Shown here piece by piece: positions 37,798-51,200 of a DNA stretch of 64,000 nt (the first letter of the stretch is position 1; each line of letters begins with the position of its first letter). The translations under genes and the position numbers were made by a program. A model generated the notes under the pieces. That model saw only the letters and a list, made by a program, of their open reading frames with translations. It was not told the DNA's origin and searched no databases. Source of the stretch: Botryllus schlosseri (Eukaryota). The stretch lies in NCBI GenBank assembly GCA_051294905.1, contig CM119372.1, positions 1,986,001-2,050,000 of the forward strand. The letters run 5' to 3'.

Positions 37798-40174
37798 CCC
37801 ACGGTGATATGAGCGTTATGTGTAGCCTATATATATTCTACTGACATGAGAGGACAGTTCAGGGTATCTCTCATAGAAATTAGTGTTCATTATTCTACTA
37901 AATTCTCAAATTAATACCACAACTGACTGGCACTAGGTCGATATAACTGCAAAGTGCATTTTTTCATCTTATTTTCATGTTCAACATATCTTTACTACGG
38001 CGGCATGTACTATAATCCATAGCTGAAATCTGATGTTTCGATTTTACGATTGTTCTCCACCGTTGGCATATTGTTCAACAATTCATTGTGATGTGGCCAT
38101 TGTTAGGCTATTCTGTGTATGTTTCTGTTCGAAGCACCACCATGCGGGGGCAAATATGTACGTTAGTTTCTCAGAAACGCAACCGTTTCCTGTAGAAACT
38201 GTGCCAATGCTTTGTCTTACATACGACTGCAGCGTTGTTCGTCAGCTGACACCAAATGGGAAGACCAAAATTGCCAAAGATTACTATTAGATTTATGTTA
38301 CAGAATCGTGGAAACCGATGACTTGACTTTTATTGTGCTGAGAAGCACCTGTGACTAGAGACACATGAGTTTGAAATTCAATGACAAAAGATCACTGCCG
38401 TATCCACGTTCAAGATATATTTTGATTGACACTCACAAATCCGATCGCCATCATCCATCGTCATCGCCCTTCAACGCGTCAACCACGATGTCAGAATTCG
38501 ATTCATTTCACGCGATACCAGTGTTTAATGCGCTACAATCGTAAATGAAATTATATTATCGTCAACGCCAAAGCAGGCATAATATGGACCTGCAGTTAGG
38601 GCTGAGCAAAACCAATTAACTGAGCGCCCGACATAACAGTATGAAAGATGTTGACAGTTGAAATATTGTCCTTTTATGGTACGACATCGAATATAATGCC
38701 AGTTCTATTACACAGTAAAGAAAATCTAGTCTTATTCGGTATGCTGCGATACGACCAATCGAGGTTTCAAGGCTTCCACAGTGGAAAACAGTAGTGAAAC
38801 CATAATTATAATATTATAAATTTAGCTGATAAATTATCTGTTAGTGGCAGGGAGAGGATGAATTCAGTTCCGGAAAACGTCATGTGTCACAACTCGACTC
38901 GAATTGTTATAAATAATACTCAATTCATATTCGAATATCCTATACTCGAATGATGTGCCGAGCACAAGTGCGTTCTCCGTAATGTGACTAGATTTTAGTA
39001 ATCTGGTCTGTCCCCATCACTATCTGCTCGGTGGAAATGCGATTGACTATGATTTCTAATGTTTTGTGATGTTAACCTGCTTATATGCCTTACTATGAGA
39101 CGTGCATTTTCAGAAACTTTACGTTCCGGAGAGTCAAATAGAGTGACACCGTAGAACACGGTATGATTCGCAGCTACTGCTTCTTACCATTTCTGATAAT
39201 GAGAATAATTATAATTATTGTTTAAATGTGCGGAAGCATGTCGATGGCGTCGTGACGTAATGCCCACGATTTCGTGTGATTGGGCTGTTATAATTGTGTA
39301 ATAGGGAACGCGACGACCAATTATTTGATGCCTTCGACCAACGAATAATTAGTAATGATTAGGGATCGAACAAAGGATGATATCGGGAGAAATTTCCCTA
39401 GCAATGAGATTTGACATGCGGAAACCTGTGCCGTTGATGATATGGGTGATATATTCTTATTTGCAATTATTACAGTATAACATGTTGCCTCATGACTGCG
39501 TTTGCTCCTACGCTCCTTAATTATCGACTTCATATCATTCGATGCATCGCGCAAAACACTCACAAAAGGAGGATCTTTGTGATGTCATAAAATAGACTGA
39601 TTCTTGAGATTTTTGGACATATATAATAAATATACATGATAAAATGAGCCCCTTGCGTCACTGCTACGTGGTTTACATATATGCTTTACCTATATTCCGG
39701 TATAGTTTCAGAGTAGTCTACGTCTGATGAGTGCGAAACGGGTCCACGGTGCAAAAATACTTCCACGGTGCCGGAGATTCTCTGAGCCTCCTTGCTGTAA
39801 TGGGCGCGAACTGCTAATGCGGAGCGCTAACGGGTACTAATGTTGGAACTATTAATATTTACCAACGAGCTGTCAGAACAGCCTGTGATAAACACTGCGT
39901 TAAAATCACATCGCTATGAACAACATCTTACGAGTATCACCAAGTGTACTGCGATTGCTACCTACCTATATGGGAGTAGGCAAAGCGCTTTCCGATGCAA
40001 CCGTCAAATCTACAAGATTTTAAAGTGTACAAATGTCAATGGGCGAATATTCTGCTTTCAGCCTCTCCCGCTATTTTCGCGTACTAAGAATCAGAGTTTA
40101 TCGATTTGTCCGTTGTCAAGCATGTCTGCTTTTCGGCGTTTTAGGTTTTTAGCTCTTCAAAGATTGGTATAGAT

Positions 40175-41229
40175 CAGGGGTCACCAACCTTTTTGCAACC
40201 GAGAGCTACTTTTGCGTAATGAATGAAGCGGCGGGCGACTATTTACTCCCGCCGTTTACCCGTACCGCACTGAATTTCCGCTTTGATATTCATAGCACTG
40301 GGCAGGACTGGACATCATGTTATCTGTTTCTATAGCAGTCAGTGGGAAGCCTGGCATTGTATGATATCAACTAGTGCGCTGTACTCTGGTATTTAACTTG
40401 ACACTGCAATTCCTAGTGAGTGTTCCAGATGTGCATTAATTAAGCGTGTTTTGTATTTGTTTTTGATGAAGTTCATGTCCGAAAAGGCTGATATACAACG
40501 ATAAGTTGAACCATAGACGCTTGCAACCTTTATAGCTGCTGCGCATACACCACTGTACTTTTCCGTATCGACAGTGCACCAAACGTTTGCTGCAGACTGA
40601 GGTGGGGGTCATTTTGCTGTCATACAATTTCAATCTTCAAGTGTTCAGCATCCAGAAATGACAAGATTTGATTATACCGGACAGCAGCAACGATTACAGA
40701 AAGTTAGAAACATTGTATATTAAACTGCGGTTGAGTGTAACAGAAACAAGCTGTGCCAAAAGATGCAATACGTAATAGGTATACAGATATTGAAAATCTG
40801 CTAGTACTTCACGGCTATCTGACTCCGAATAGTAATATTGTTTACTACTTTGGCATTGTCCTGGTCGTCGAGCTATCGTAACGGGGCCCCTACCATTTCA
40901 AGAAGACCGTGGACGGCATTCCGTCATGTCGCTTGTATCGGCACTGCGCTGTATCTTCAATTTCTGGTGATTCTATCACATACATCTATATATTACTAAT
41001 TGTAATTGAAGATATTTCAAGTGTTTATATATGTAAGTTACATGTTAGTGTGTTTTAAACAAAGAATAGCTGAATCAATCAATCTATGTATTCAAAAGCT
41101 CACTGGTAATAATCTGACGAATATTGGTAAATGATGCTATTCCACCTATTTCTAGAATGGGTTCGCGGGCTACTCATCTAGTACTCGCGGGCTACCTGGT
41201 GCCCGCGGGCACCGGGTTGGTGACCCCTG
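40175..41229. mobile_element. hAT-type MITE
   Basis: TSD GTATAGAT on both sides; TIR CAGGGGTCACCAACC. Confidence 0.9.
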
Positions 41230-41325
41230 GTATAGATCATGTTGACATCTACATATGTGAATCAGATTGCACCCGCCAAATACTCACTATACATTAGTTA
41301 AGGCTATAAGATCTATATTCTATAT

Positions 41326-41717
41326 CAGGGGCGGGCAACTTCTCCAGTCGGCGGGCCGGATATAAGATTGCTGAATCGATACATTATTTGCCCATTTATT
41401 CACATATACATTATACATGGTATAAATCGTATTTAATGATAGTAGTTTAACGAAGCAGTGTTATTTAAAAGCAATATATCGCCGATCATGACGAAGAAAA
41501 TGTGTATTTGAGAACAGCATTGTCATGTGGTTCTCCAATTTTTTTTCAACACGCCCCCCTTTTTGACAGTGAAAAATTCCGCGCCCGCACAGATATTAAA
41601 GAGGTGAATCAGAATGCTAACCATCCCAACGGATAGTTGGATGGTATTAAAGGTTATGGCTATTGATGAGAGAATTCTCAAATATGAAATCCGCGGGCCG
41701 TATGTTGCCCGGCACTG
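41326..41717. mobile_element. hAT-type MITE
   Basis: TSD TTCTATAT on both sides; TIR CAGGGGCGGGCAAC / GTTGCCCGGCACTG. Confidence 0.8.
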
Positions 41718-42213
41718 TTCTATATCATTGCTCAGAATTCGAGTCGGGTTAGCTTTCGTTAGGGTATGGTATGAGCTTGTTTTAAGATTCAAGTCAGGGC
41801 TATAGACAATATCATATTAGCTTGCGTTAGGGTTTAGGTTAAGTTTAACTCAGGGAGGTTTACTAATCAGGTTAACCCGTGTTACGTATTGCATATAGCG
41901 TCCTGAGTAACGCAAAATTTGATTGGATTATAGTTTGTATGATTCGCTATCATGGCACTCGCTATTCTAAATGACTCCCCGTTATGACACCGATTTTGAA
42001 TCCCTCGCTGTTCTGAACAGGAGCCGCTTTACCCATATGTTATGCGATGCTTCATGATTGAAAGTTACATAAAAGCAATCATGCTTAAACCCTCTCTGAT
42101 TAAACGGTCACGCGGCGGCGTCGATAATTTGACAAATTACGAAAAGCGAAATGTTTTGTGTTTCAATTCCACCATGAAATTACCTGCTACGCGATAGCAT
42201 ATTCTCTTATCGC

Positions 42214-42223
42214 TATATATATA
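42214..42223 (+). promoter_or_regulatory. TATA box of WxxW gene A
   Basis: TATATATATA about 65-70 nt upstream of the ATG; positionally conserved in the paralog at about 62259-62275. Confidence 0.55.
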
Positions 42224-42286
42224 AGTCATCGGTATCTGCATTGTCAAGCAGAGATTCGCTTGTGCTCTCAGACTTACATCAAGAAA

Positions 42287-45200
42287 ATGCGAGTACACTT
42301 GATCTGCGGCGTGATTCTTGCCTTCTCAAGTTCTGGTGAGTATTAAATGTTAAACAACAGTTATTCAGAATTAAATTTGTTACATGCGAAATGTTAGGTT
42401 TCGTATACTTCTTTCTTGTTTTCTTGGAAGACTGCATTTAACCAAATGATCAATACAGGTATACAAAATCTATAGATAACGAATATTACTATAGTTATCT
42501 CTTGGGAAATGTGCGATGGATAAGAATTGATTAAATTGATGATGCGATAATTCAGGGTGATGACAAAATAGTGACATTCCAATGTGTCGTGGCCGCTTAT
42601 ATGCAATAATTTCATTCCGAGATGAAAAACTAGAAAATCTTCAGCTTTTTTCATTAATTATATTATAGTTAGAATAACTCATTCCGGAAAAACTTGGAAA
42701 ATTGAATTCAATTCCGAATCAGAAAGAATGCAAGATAAAATTGAGTTCAGTTCCTATCAAATCTTAGTTCATTTTCGTAAGCCTGAGAATGGAAAATGTC
42801 TACACCAGGCTTGGCTCGTCTCACACTATGCAGTTTTCCTCTAGCATTTACATGAAAACCAGAAATTAGATTACTAGAGTTATCTAGTCCAAGTCTGATT
42901 TAATCTGGTCTGTTTCAGTTCTATCCGTTCCAAAGTGTGATGGCACATGGACAGACTTTTATGACGCCGACAACCCAGATGGTCCTGGAGATCTCGAGAC
43001 ACTAAGCAGCCTGAGAAAGAAATATCCGGCAATCTGTCCCAACCCGTCCGGGATTGATGTTCGTCTGGTCCATCCGTTAGATGACGGAGTTGACTATTGG
43101 TAAGATTCAGCGCAGTCATTCTGTTGCGAATGAGATTCTTCGTATTTCATGGTGCATTGCAGTTACCAAGCATTTCGAATCCACAGCACAAAAGGAAGTG
43201 GTGAAATAGCGCAGTGGCACGTTCCATAGCCGCAACACCAATGGGTTGCGAGTACGACTCCAGAATTCCTGCCTAAGGGTGGATTGCTCAAATGCCGATT
43301 GAAAATTATTCGACTATCGCCCAAATCGGGGATAATTTAATAAGCGATCACGGATTGATCCGTATCCGTGCAATCCGCCGTAAATGTTGCAGGTTTATCT
43401 AGGTTCCTGCAGGGTTACCAACTTGCGGGCCATGAGCCTCTTTCAGATGGAGCATAGAAAAATTTGCAAAAGTGCATAATCTTTAAGTCTATGCTTATAA
43501 CAGAAGAAATAAATCGAATTTCAACAGCAGGAACCTGCTTCTTGATATTCAGTTATTCTCCTTGTTTTACTTTTAATTTATTAATATAAATTTTGTAAAA
43601 TTTGCGCAATGACTGCCCATGCTAAAAGATGTTGTGGATGTGAGAACAAAACAACACTGTGTCTTGGTTATTTAATATGACATTCAACATTAACTGGATA
43701 TGAAATAAAATAACCAATTTATGTACTATCAAGTTTATTGCGAGTTGTATTTACATCCTTTTATTATACCGATTAGTGAATAATCCATTTCTAAAATATA
43801 AATACCTTTGCTTAATTTTTTGAAACGACTGAAAAATACGAGAGCATTGATTTTTCAACATCTTCAAAGTGGCTAAGGGAACTCCTGATCTATGCTCTTT
43901 TGTCAAGTAATAAATCAAGAACTGATCACGCTTCAGGTACGTCGGTGGAAACGATATCAAAAAAGAAGATATGGGCCCTCACATCGGTTTCCAGTGCTTC
44001 AATAGCAATCAGAAGGGGCGGGAGGTCCCACATTGTAAAGACTACAAAATTCGGTTCTGCTGCAAATTTATCGGTAAGAAGTCGTCCGCCCACACTATGA
44101 GCGAGACTTACGAGACTGTTCCGATCGGTTTGTACAGGGTTGGTATAGAACTGAAATACTGACCTTCAATTGCTAAATAAGTTTGCTGAGTTATTACGTA
44201 AAGTCACCATAGTTTGTATTACTATTGATTGTAGTAATAATGGGTGTTTATTGTTAAAGTAAATTATACCTATAAACTCAATACCGGGATTCCAATGCGT
44301 CGCGACCGCTTGTGCACCGACTCTGCACTGTAAATCCATGGTTGGAAAATAAGTAAATTTATCAAATTTCTACCATAGCGCGGGTATAGAAGATCATGAA
44401 AGCGGTACTGTCGGGTAACAAATTGTTCTTACACACCCATTCCTATGAGTGAAATGAGTCAACGACACTGATCTTTGTGGATATATATCTCAGGGGTGTG
44501 GTGGGCTCTGTTTACGTACAGAACCTTTTGGGATTTCCTTGGTATCTGCATGAAAACAGAACCCACAACATCCCTGGGATAAATCTTTCCTAATGATTGG
44601 TGTATTTCAATCATTCTCATTCATTAGAAGGGTGTGAAAGCACAGTTTCGTACCTGGAAGTGCCGATAGGGTGAATATCAGGAAAATACACATACATTTG
44701 GTCTATTTCAGCTCCCCCCGTGCCAGAGTGTGATGGAACTTGGACAAGATTTTATGACGACGACAACGCAAGAAACTCGGGCGATCACGAGACGCTGGAT
44801 CGTCTGACCAAGAAATACCGAGAAATCTGTTCCAAACCGTCTGCGATTGATGTTCGTCTGGTTCATCCGGTACGTGGTGGAGCTGACTATTGGTAAGATG
44901 TGCCGCATAGTACAGAAGCCTTAAGGTTGTGGTCGGACTTGAGCAAATATGTCGGACCTGAATCGTGGCACAGGATTTCGCCGACTATCCGACAGTCGTC
45001 GAGCATGTCAAGTGTCCACATTCAAGTCAAAATAAAAGCAATTTCTACTGAATAAATACCATAGTCAGCCCACACGATTACCGGACCACGACCTGATCTA
45101 CCGATCTCGCCTTCTATCACGTGCCACCTCATTTTGTGACTTGTCCTTTTGTTTTATCTTCTTTTACTTTTCATTTAGTGTGCATGCCTCCTTTTTTTAC

Positions 45201-48200
45201 ATCGCCTAGGCCCAGGTAGGTGTCTGATTTCAAAGATTACTCCAAGTCGTTTCGACACCTTCCTGTCTTTTCACTGTATCGAAGTCTTGCGGTGTTTTGA
45301 AATGATGAAATTCTTAATAAAACTAATACTGATGGTGATACTAGAAAATCTGCAGCTTTTCCAAATTAGATCAGAATTAGAATAATAGCTGCACAGTTTG
45401 TTCCAAATTAGATTCGAATTAGAAATACTGAATTCTCAAAAACTCATAAATTGATTTAAACTCCGATTTCGAAAGAAATAGAACAAAAATCAAGTTCAGT
45501 TCAGGTCAAATTAGAGCTCATTCTTATTATCATGCGGATGACAAACGTCTGTACACAAATCTTGGCTCGATTCGCACTATACATTTGAGCTGTATCACTT
45601 TCAGTAAAACCTGAAATTAGATTAGAATTAAAATTGGAAAATACAGACATGTCACAAATCATATTGGAATCAGAGTACCGGAATTTCTCTCTGATTAGTC
45701 TTTTCAGTGGTTTTGAGAGACGAGACGAAAAAACTGCTGAAGTCACTACTTGAGAAAGTGGATGCAGTCTATACTCAAATACTACCGAAAAGTAACAGCA
45801 TAAAGATTAATTATGACTTCTAGTATTTGGGAGGCTATAAAGATAAGTTGAAGTTGATAAGGGGGTGATGAGTCAAAAAAAGTTTAGGAATCACTATCTA
45901 GTTAGACAGCTAGAATTATCTAGTTCTCCTAATGTTATTGTGGTAATTGACATATTAAATCTGACGAGAGTGATCACTTTCATTTACACCCTTTTCTTCG
46001 AGCAATAAAGGGTGATTCGATCGGTTTTAGGAAACTTGGTGGAAACGTTATCAAAGAGGGAGATATCGGCCCTCACGTCGGATTCAGATGTCTCAATGCA
46101 AACCAGAGGGGGCGGGCTGTCCCACATTGTAAAGACTACAAGATTCGGTTCTGCTGCAGTAAGGGTGAGAAAGTCACTCACAGGATGAGTGAGACTTACA
46201 TGAATCAACAGTCGACTACGCTTAATTCGTTTCATTCGGCCAAAAATACTCGGGAACTGAACAAAATAAAAATTGCACATAAAAAACTCCATCTAATTCG
46301 GTCAAATCTCCGCTTAATTCGAACACAGGGTCGCAATCATTATCGTTCGGTTATGATTACACAATTCACAGTACTTCGTTGGTTTTAACACAATGTGAGT
46401 GATTATGATGAAACAAAGTCAACCCATCCATCAACAATCGACAATGAACTCATATAACGCCGTGCCAGCCTTGCCAGCCTTGTAGGACAGACTGGGACAG
46501 AAATGTTTTCTGCCTAGCTAAAAGCATTTTTCCTACTGTTCTGTGGAATAGGCTACTTATATCACGCGAAAATAGTCTATCAGCCGTTAAAGAATTACTG
46601 TACTATTTTAACCCTATATGTGTGTTTTACACAGTAATATAATAAATAGTATATGATAAATTCTTGAATTGTTTCGTATCGTAATACAGTACTATACAAT
46701 GCAACTAACCTGAAGGTAAATAGATGCGATACAATCAATATAGTTTGTATTATACTGTTGATTTTAATTACAACGAATGTTCATCGTTAAAATAGGTTAC
46801 CTATAAACAGTTCAGTTTTAATATACATTTTAATAATATATTCATATTACAAATATATTAAAACCCGAAGCTTTTCGAGCCAACACTCTTCAGGGGTAAT
46901 CGTCGGCATAAATAGAATTTCAAAAACTTGCATATAACTACATTGCATACATCCAATTGTGACGTCATAGAAACAAAACAACATCAAGTGCAGACAAACC
47001 GCGAGCGCAGCTAGTGGCCAATTTTTAGCTGAAGCAAACGTTCCTTCGGCTGGCATAAGCGTGGTTGATGGATCTTAATTAATGCCGATTCCAGCGCGGA
47101 CAAGTGGAAAAGTGTGCGCCCTCTACCCAAAATTGAGAATCTGTCGTCACTATAGTTATTGGCGCAAGTAGCATGCTCAGCTAAATGCCTGCCAATGGCA
47201 GAGTTCATTGCCACGGCCTGATTGTGTTCCAACACCCTTAGGTCAGTTTCAGTTTCAGCGGCCTGTCCCTGGGAATTTAATGTACGTAGTCTAATAACGC
47301 GCTGTACATGTTGTTTGATACGTTCCTGCAAGCGCTGAGTTGTTCTTCCTACGTACCGACAATCACAGTGGCACTTAAATTAGTAAACTATATTGCTTTG
47401 TTGTGAAGCGGGAAGAACATCTTTGCGCGTTGCAGGAACTAGTTGTTTGGTGGTGAATACAACATTCGTTTTGACGTTGTCGTAACAACGATCTACGGCG
47501 GAGATCAACTGTTTCTCAAAACGAGAAGAGATGGGACCCAACCACGGTAAATGTATGTATACATTATTCTCAGGGCGTTCGTTCGTGTTTTGGGAATTGC
47601 TGGCATTGAAATTGTTGAGTTTTCTGTCCATAGAGCGCTTGATGATATGTTCCGGGTAACCGTTATCAATTAAAATTTTCCGGATATATTCGAGTTCCGA
47701 GTTTAATTTTACATCCGAACAGATCATCAATGCTCTATGTACCAATGTTCCAATTAAATTCAGTTTACGGTGGTTTGGGCTGGACGAATTCCAAACCAGA
47801 TATTGTCCGGTAAATGTTGGTTTCCGGTACACAGAAGTAACGATGTTAATACCCCGTTTCTGTACAAGAACGTCCAAGAACGGTAACGAGCTGTCGCACT
47901 CTTTTTCAAGTGTGAATTTCAATGAAGGATGTAGCGCATTCAAGTTAGTCAGAAAATCGTCAAACTCTGCCTCGTTATGGCAGATGACGAAGGTGTCGTC
48001 CATATATCGACGATACAAAAAAGGTTTTTTTTGATTGTATCAGCTGCAAATAATTTGGTCACATGGAATCCCACAAATATATTTGCTAAAATCGGGCCGA
48101 GAGGGGATCCCATGGCTAAGCCATCGGTTTGTCTGTACATAGTATCATTAAAACTAAACTCAACAGAGCAAGTGGCCATATTCAAAAGTTCAACCAAAAC

Positions 48201-51200
48201 TTTACGCGAGAAAGAGGGTGGTGGCAAATCACTATCGTATAGCGCGCAAGCACAGATATCAATTGTCTCTTTCAACAGAACGTTCGTGAAAAGACTAGTG
48301 ATATCATGAGACCCGAGGAACATGTTCGAATGCGGCAGGTTGGCAGGTTGGCAGGTTCAGTTTAGTAAGAATTTTCATCATTTCAAAACACCACCAACCT
48401 GCGATAACAATGAAAAGATAGGAAGGTGTCGAAACGTTTTGGAGTAATCTTTGAAATCAAACACAATAGCGAGATTCCAATGCTTGTGCACTTACGTTGG
48501 CCTGTAAATCCATCAGTGGAAAGTAAGTATATTTATCAGATTTCCACCACAGCACGGGGTGCAGATTAGGTAAGCGGTACTTTCGGGTAACAAATTGAGC
48601 TTTCACACGCATTACAATGAGTGAAATGAGTCCCATACACCAATTCTTACACGAATATATATATATATATATATATCAGGGGTGCAGTGGGTTCTGTCAA
48701 CGTCCATAAATTTTTTGGGATTTCTTTGGAATGCACATGAACATAGTACCAAGAAGATCCCTGGGGTATATATTCGTCAGAATCGATGTATTGAACTCAT
48801 TTTCACTCATATGAAGGGTTTGAAAGCACAGTTTCGTATCTGAACGTGCCGCTAGGGTGAATATCAAGGGAAAAGATTTTAGTTTACAGTATGTTCTATG
48901 ACAAATTCATCTGGTCTATTTCAGCTCCCCCCGTGCCAGAGTGTGATGGTACGTGGACAAGATTTTATGACGACGACAACGCAAGAAACTCGGGCGATCA
49001 CGAGACTCTGGATCGTCTGACCAAGAAATACCGAGAAATCTGTTCCAAACCGTCTGCGGTTGATGTTCGTCTGGTTCATCCGGGACGTGGCGGAGCTGAC
49101 TATTGGTAAGATACAGACTTGGACAACTAGATAATTCTAGTTGACTGATTAGGATAATTGGGGGAAATGTGAGCAATCTAATTCTGATCTACTTCGTGAA
49201 ATGTTTCTATACTAATACTTCTAATCACGTGCTACAGTAGAACAGCATAATAAGAGACGAGCCAAGCTTGCTGTAAAAACATTCGCTATTCTCATACTCA
49301 AGAGAATGAATTCTGATTTGATATGAACTGCATGCAGAACACGATTCAATGACCAAGTTTCAGTGAATTCAGTAATTCTACTTCTAATCTAATTTGAAAA
49401 AGATGAAAATTTTCTAGTTTTATGAAAAGACGCATCGCAGTCAGATTAGAATTAGAATTATAGCTGTACAGTTTGTTTTCAAAGTATATAGAATTAGAAG
49501 CAGCGGGATTACCATATTGATTACGTCAATAGTTTCTAGAAGGGACATATGTTCAACTTGATAAGGGCGAGCGACGAGCCAAAACAGTTTTTTAACCACT
49601 GCCACAATCAGGAGTTCCAAATCTTTTTTTTACCCCGTGGCTACCTTAGGCCCAAGGGGCCATGGCCCACAGGTTGAGAATTCCTGGTTTAATTACATTA
49701 GTCGAATTATCTACAGTTGTAGGCTACCATAACCGTGTCTCTGACGAGACTGATCATTTCATCTGCGCTCTTTTCGTCGAGTAATAAAAGATGAGTCGAT
49801 TGTGTTTTAGGAAACTTGGTGGAAACGTAATCAAAGAAGAGGATATCGGCCCTCACGTCGGGTTCAGATGCCTCAATGCAAATCAGAGGGGGCGCGGCGT
49901 CCCACATTGTAAAGACTACAAGATTCGGTTCTGCTGCAGTAAGGGTAAGAAGTCACTCACTAATTCAGAGAGACTTCTATGAAACTACAGTCGACTATAC
50001 GCTTAATTCAGACTCCGAATAACCCGGAGTTTATTCGTTCAAAATACTCGGGAACGAAACAAAAGTCAAAATTGCACCTAAAAAATGTCGGGTTGATTCG
50101 GACACTTCTCCGCTAAATTCGTACACAGGGTCGCAATTATTATCGTCAGGTTATGACACAATAAACCAGGGGTCGCCAACTCAAAACGGGTCGCGGGTCA
50201 CTTTCAAATTTCGTAGCGGCCGCTGGCAGCATGAATTCAATATCGGTGTAAACTAGGCACCACGTTTTGAATCTTTACGTCAGTACAACGCCGTGCTACC
50301 AAACATAGGCGATGGGCAATGGGTATAGTGACCACAAAAGAAGTAATGGTAATATTGTATTAAAGGAATACAAATACAACAAAAAATCATTATCATCAAT
50401 TTTATCATATTTTGAACTCTGAGCTGTGCAACCAGAATGCCGACAATCCCAACGGATAGTTTGATGGCATGGAAGGTTATGACTGTTGATGAGAGAATTC
50501 TATAATACGAATTCCGGACTATATACAAAATGTGAATTTGATGTAAATCGTGCGGAGTGGGAAAAAATTTTTAGTTGACCGCAGCTCCGCGCCCCCAAGT
50601 TTGAGAACCACTGCCCTATGCCGTTTTCTAAGCGTCTCGGTCTTGGCAATGTTTGGGCCATTGCACGTCAAGGCAATATGTCCAGCTCATTCATATGAGC
50701 TGATTATTGTCCATCGATGGAATGCTGCTGCTATCGCCAAAGCCGTTTTTGCTAGTGACGAATAGTGATGTTGGGCACAGAGTAGCTTATTTTGAAACAA
50801 CAATGACAATATGTTGAAACTGTAGACGATTTCAGCATTTCAAAATGGTTTTCTTAGCTTTCTTCTGACATCTCAAATCAAGTCGCGGGCCGCAAAATAT
50901 GACCTCGCGGGCCGCGTGTTGGTGACCCCTGCAATAAACAGTACTTTGTTCGTTTTAACACAAGATTATGGTGAAACAAGGTCGATCCATCCATTAACAA
51001 TCGACAATTAACTCGTATAAGGTCGTGTCATTCGCTTTTATTTCGGTACAATTGCGTCCGTCTTGTAGAACACAACGGTACAGAATTGTTTTCTGCCTAT
51101 AGCACTAGCTAGTATTGTAGTCCTTGAACAATTACTGAACTAATTTTATAGTAGCATACTCTCTACTAAGAGAAAAGAGTGTGAATTCACACCCTAAAGG

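Noticed and set aside
39724..39745. CTGATGA-GTGC-GAAA-CGGGTC as a hammerhead ribozyme
   Set aside because: The core is present but stem I does not pair in register and stem III is not palindromic.
46830..48330. Active autonomous Penelope element
   Set aside because: 5'-truncated and split by at least two frameshifts.
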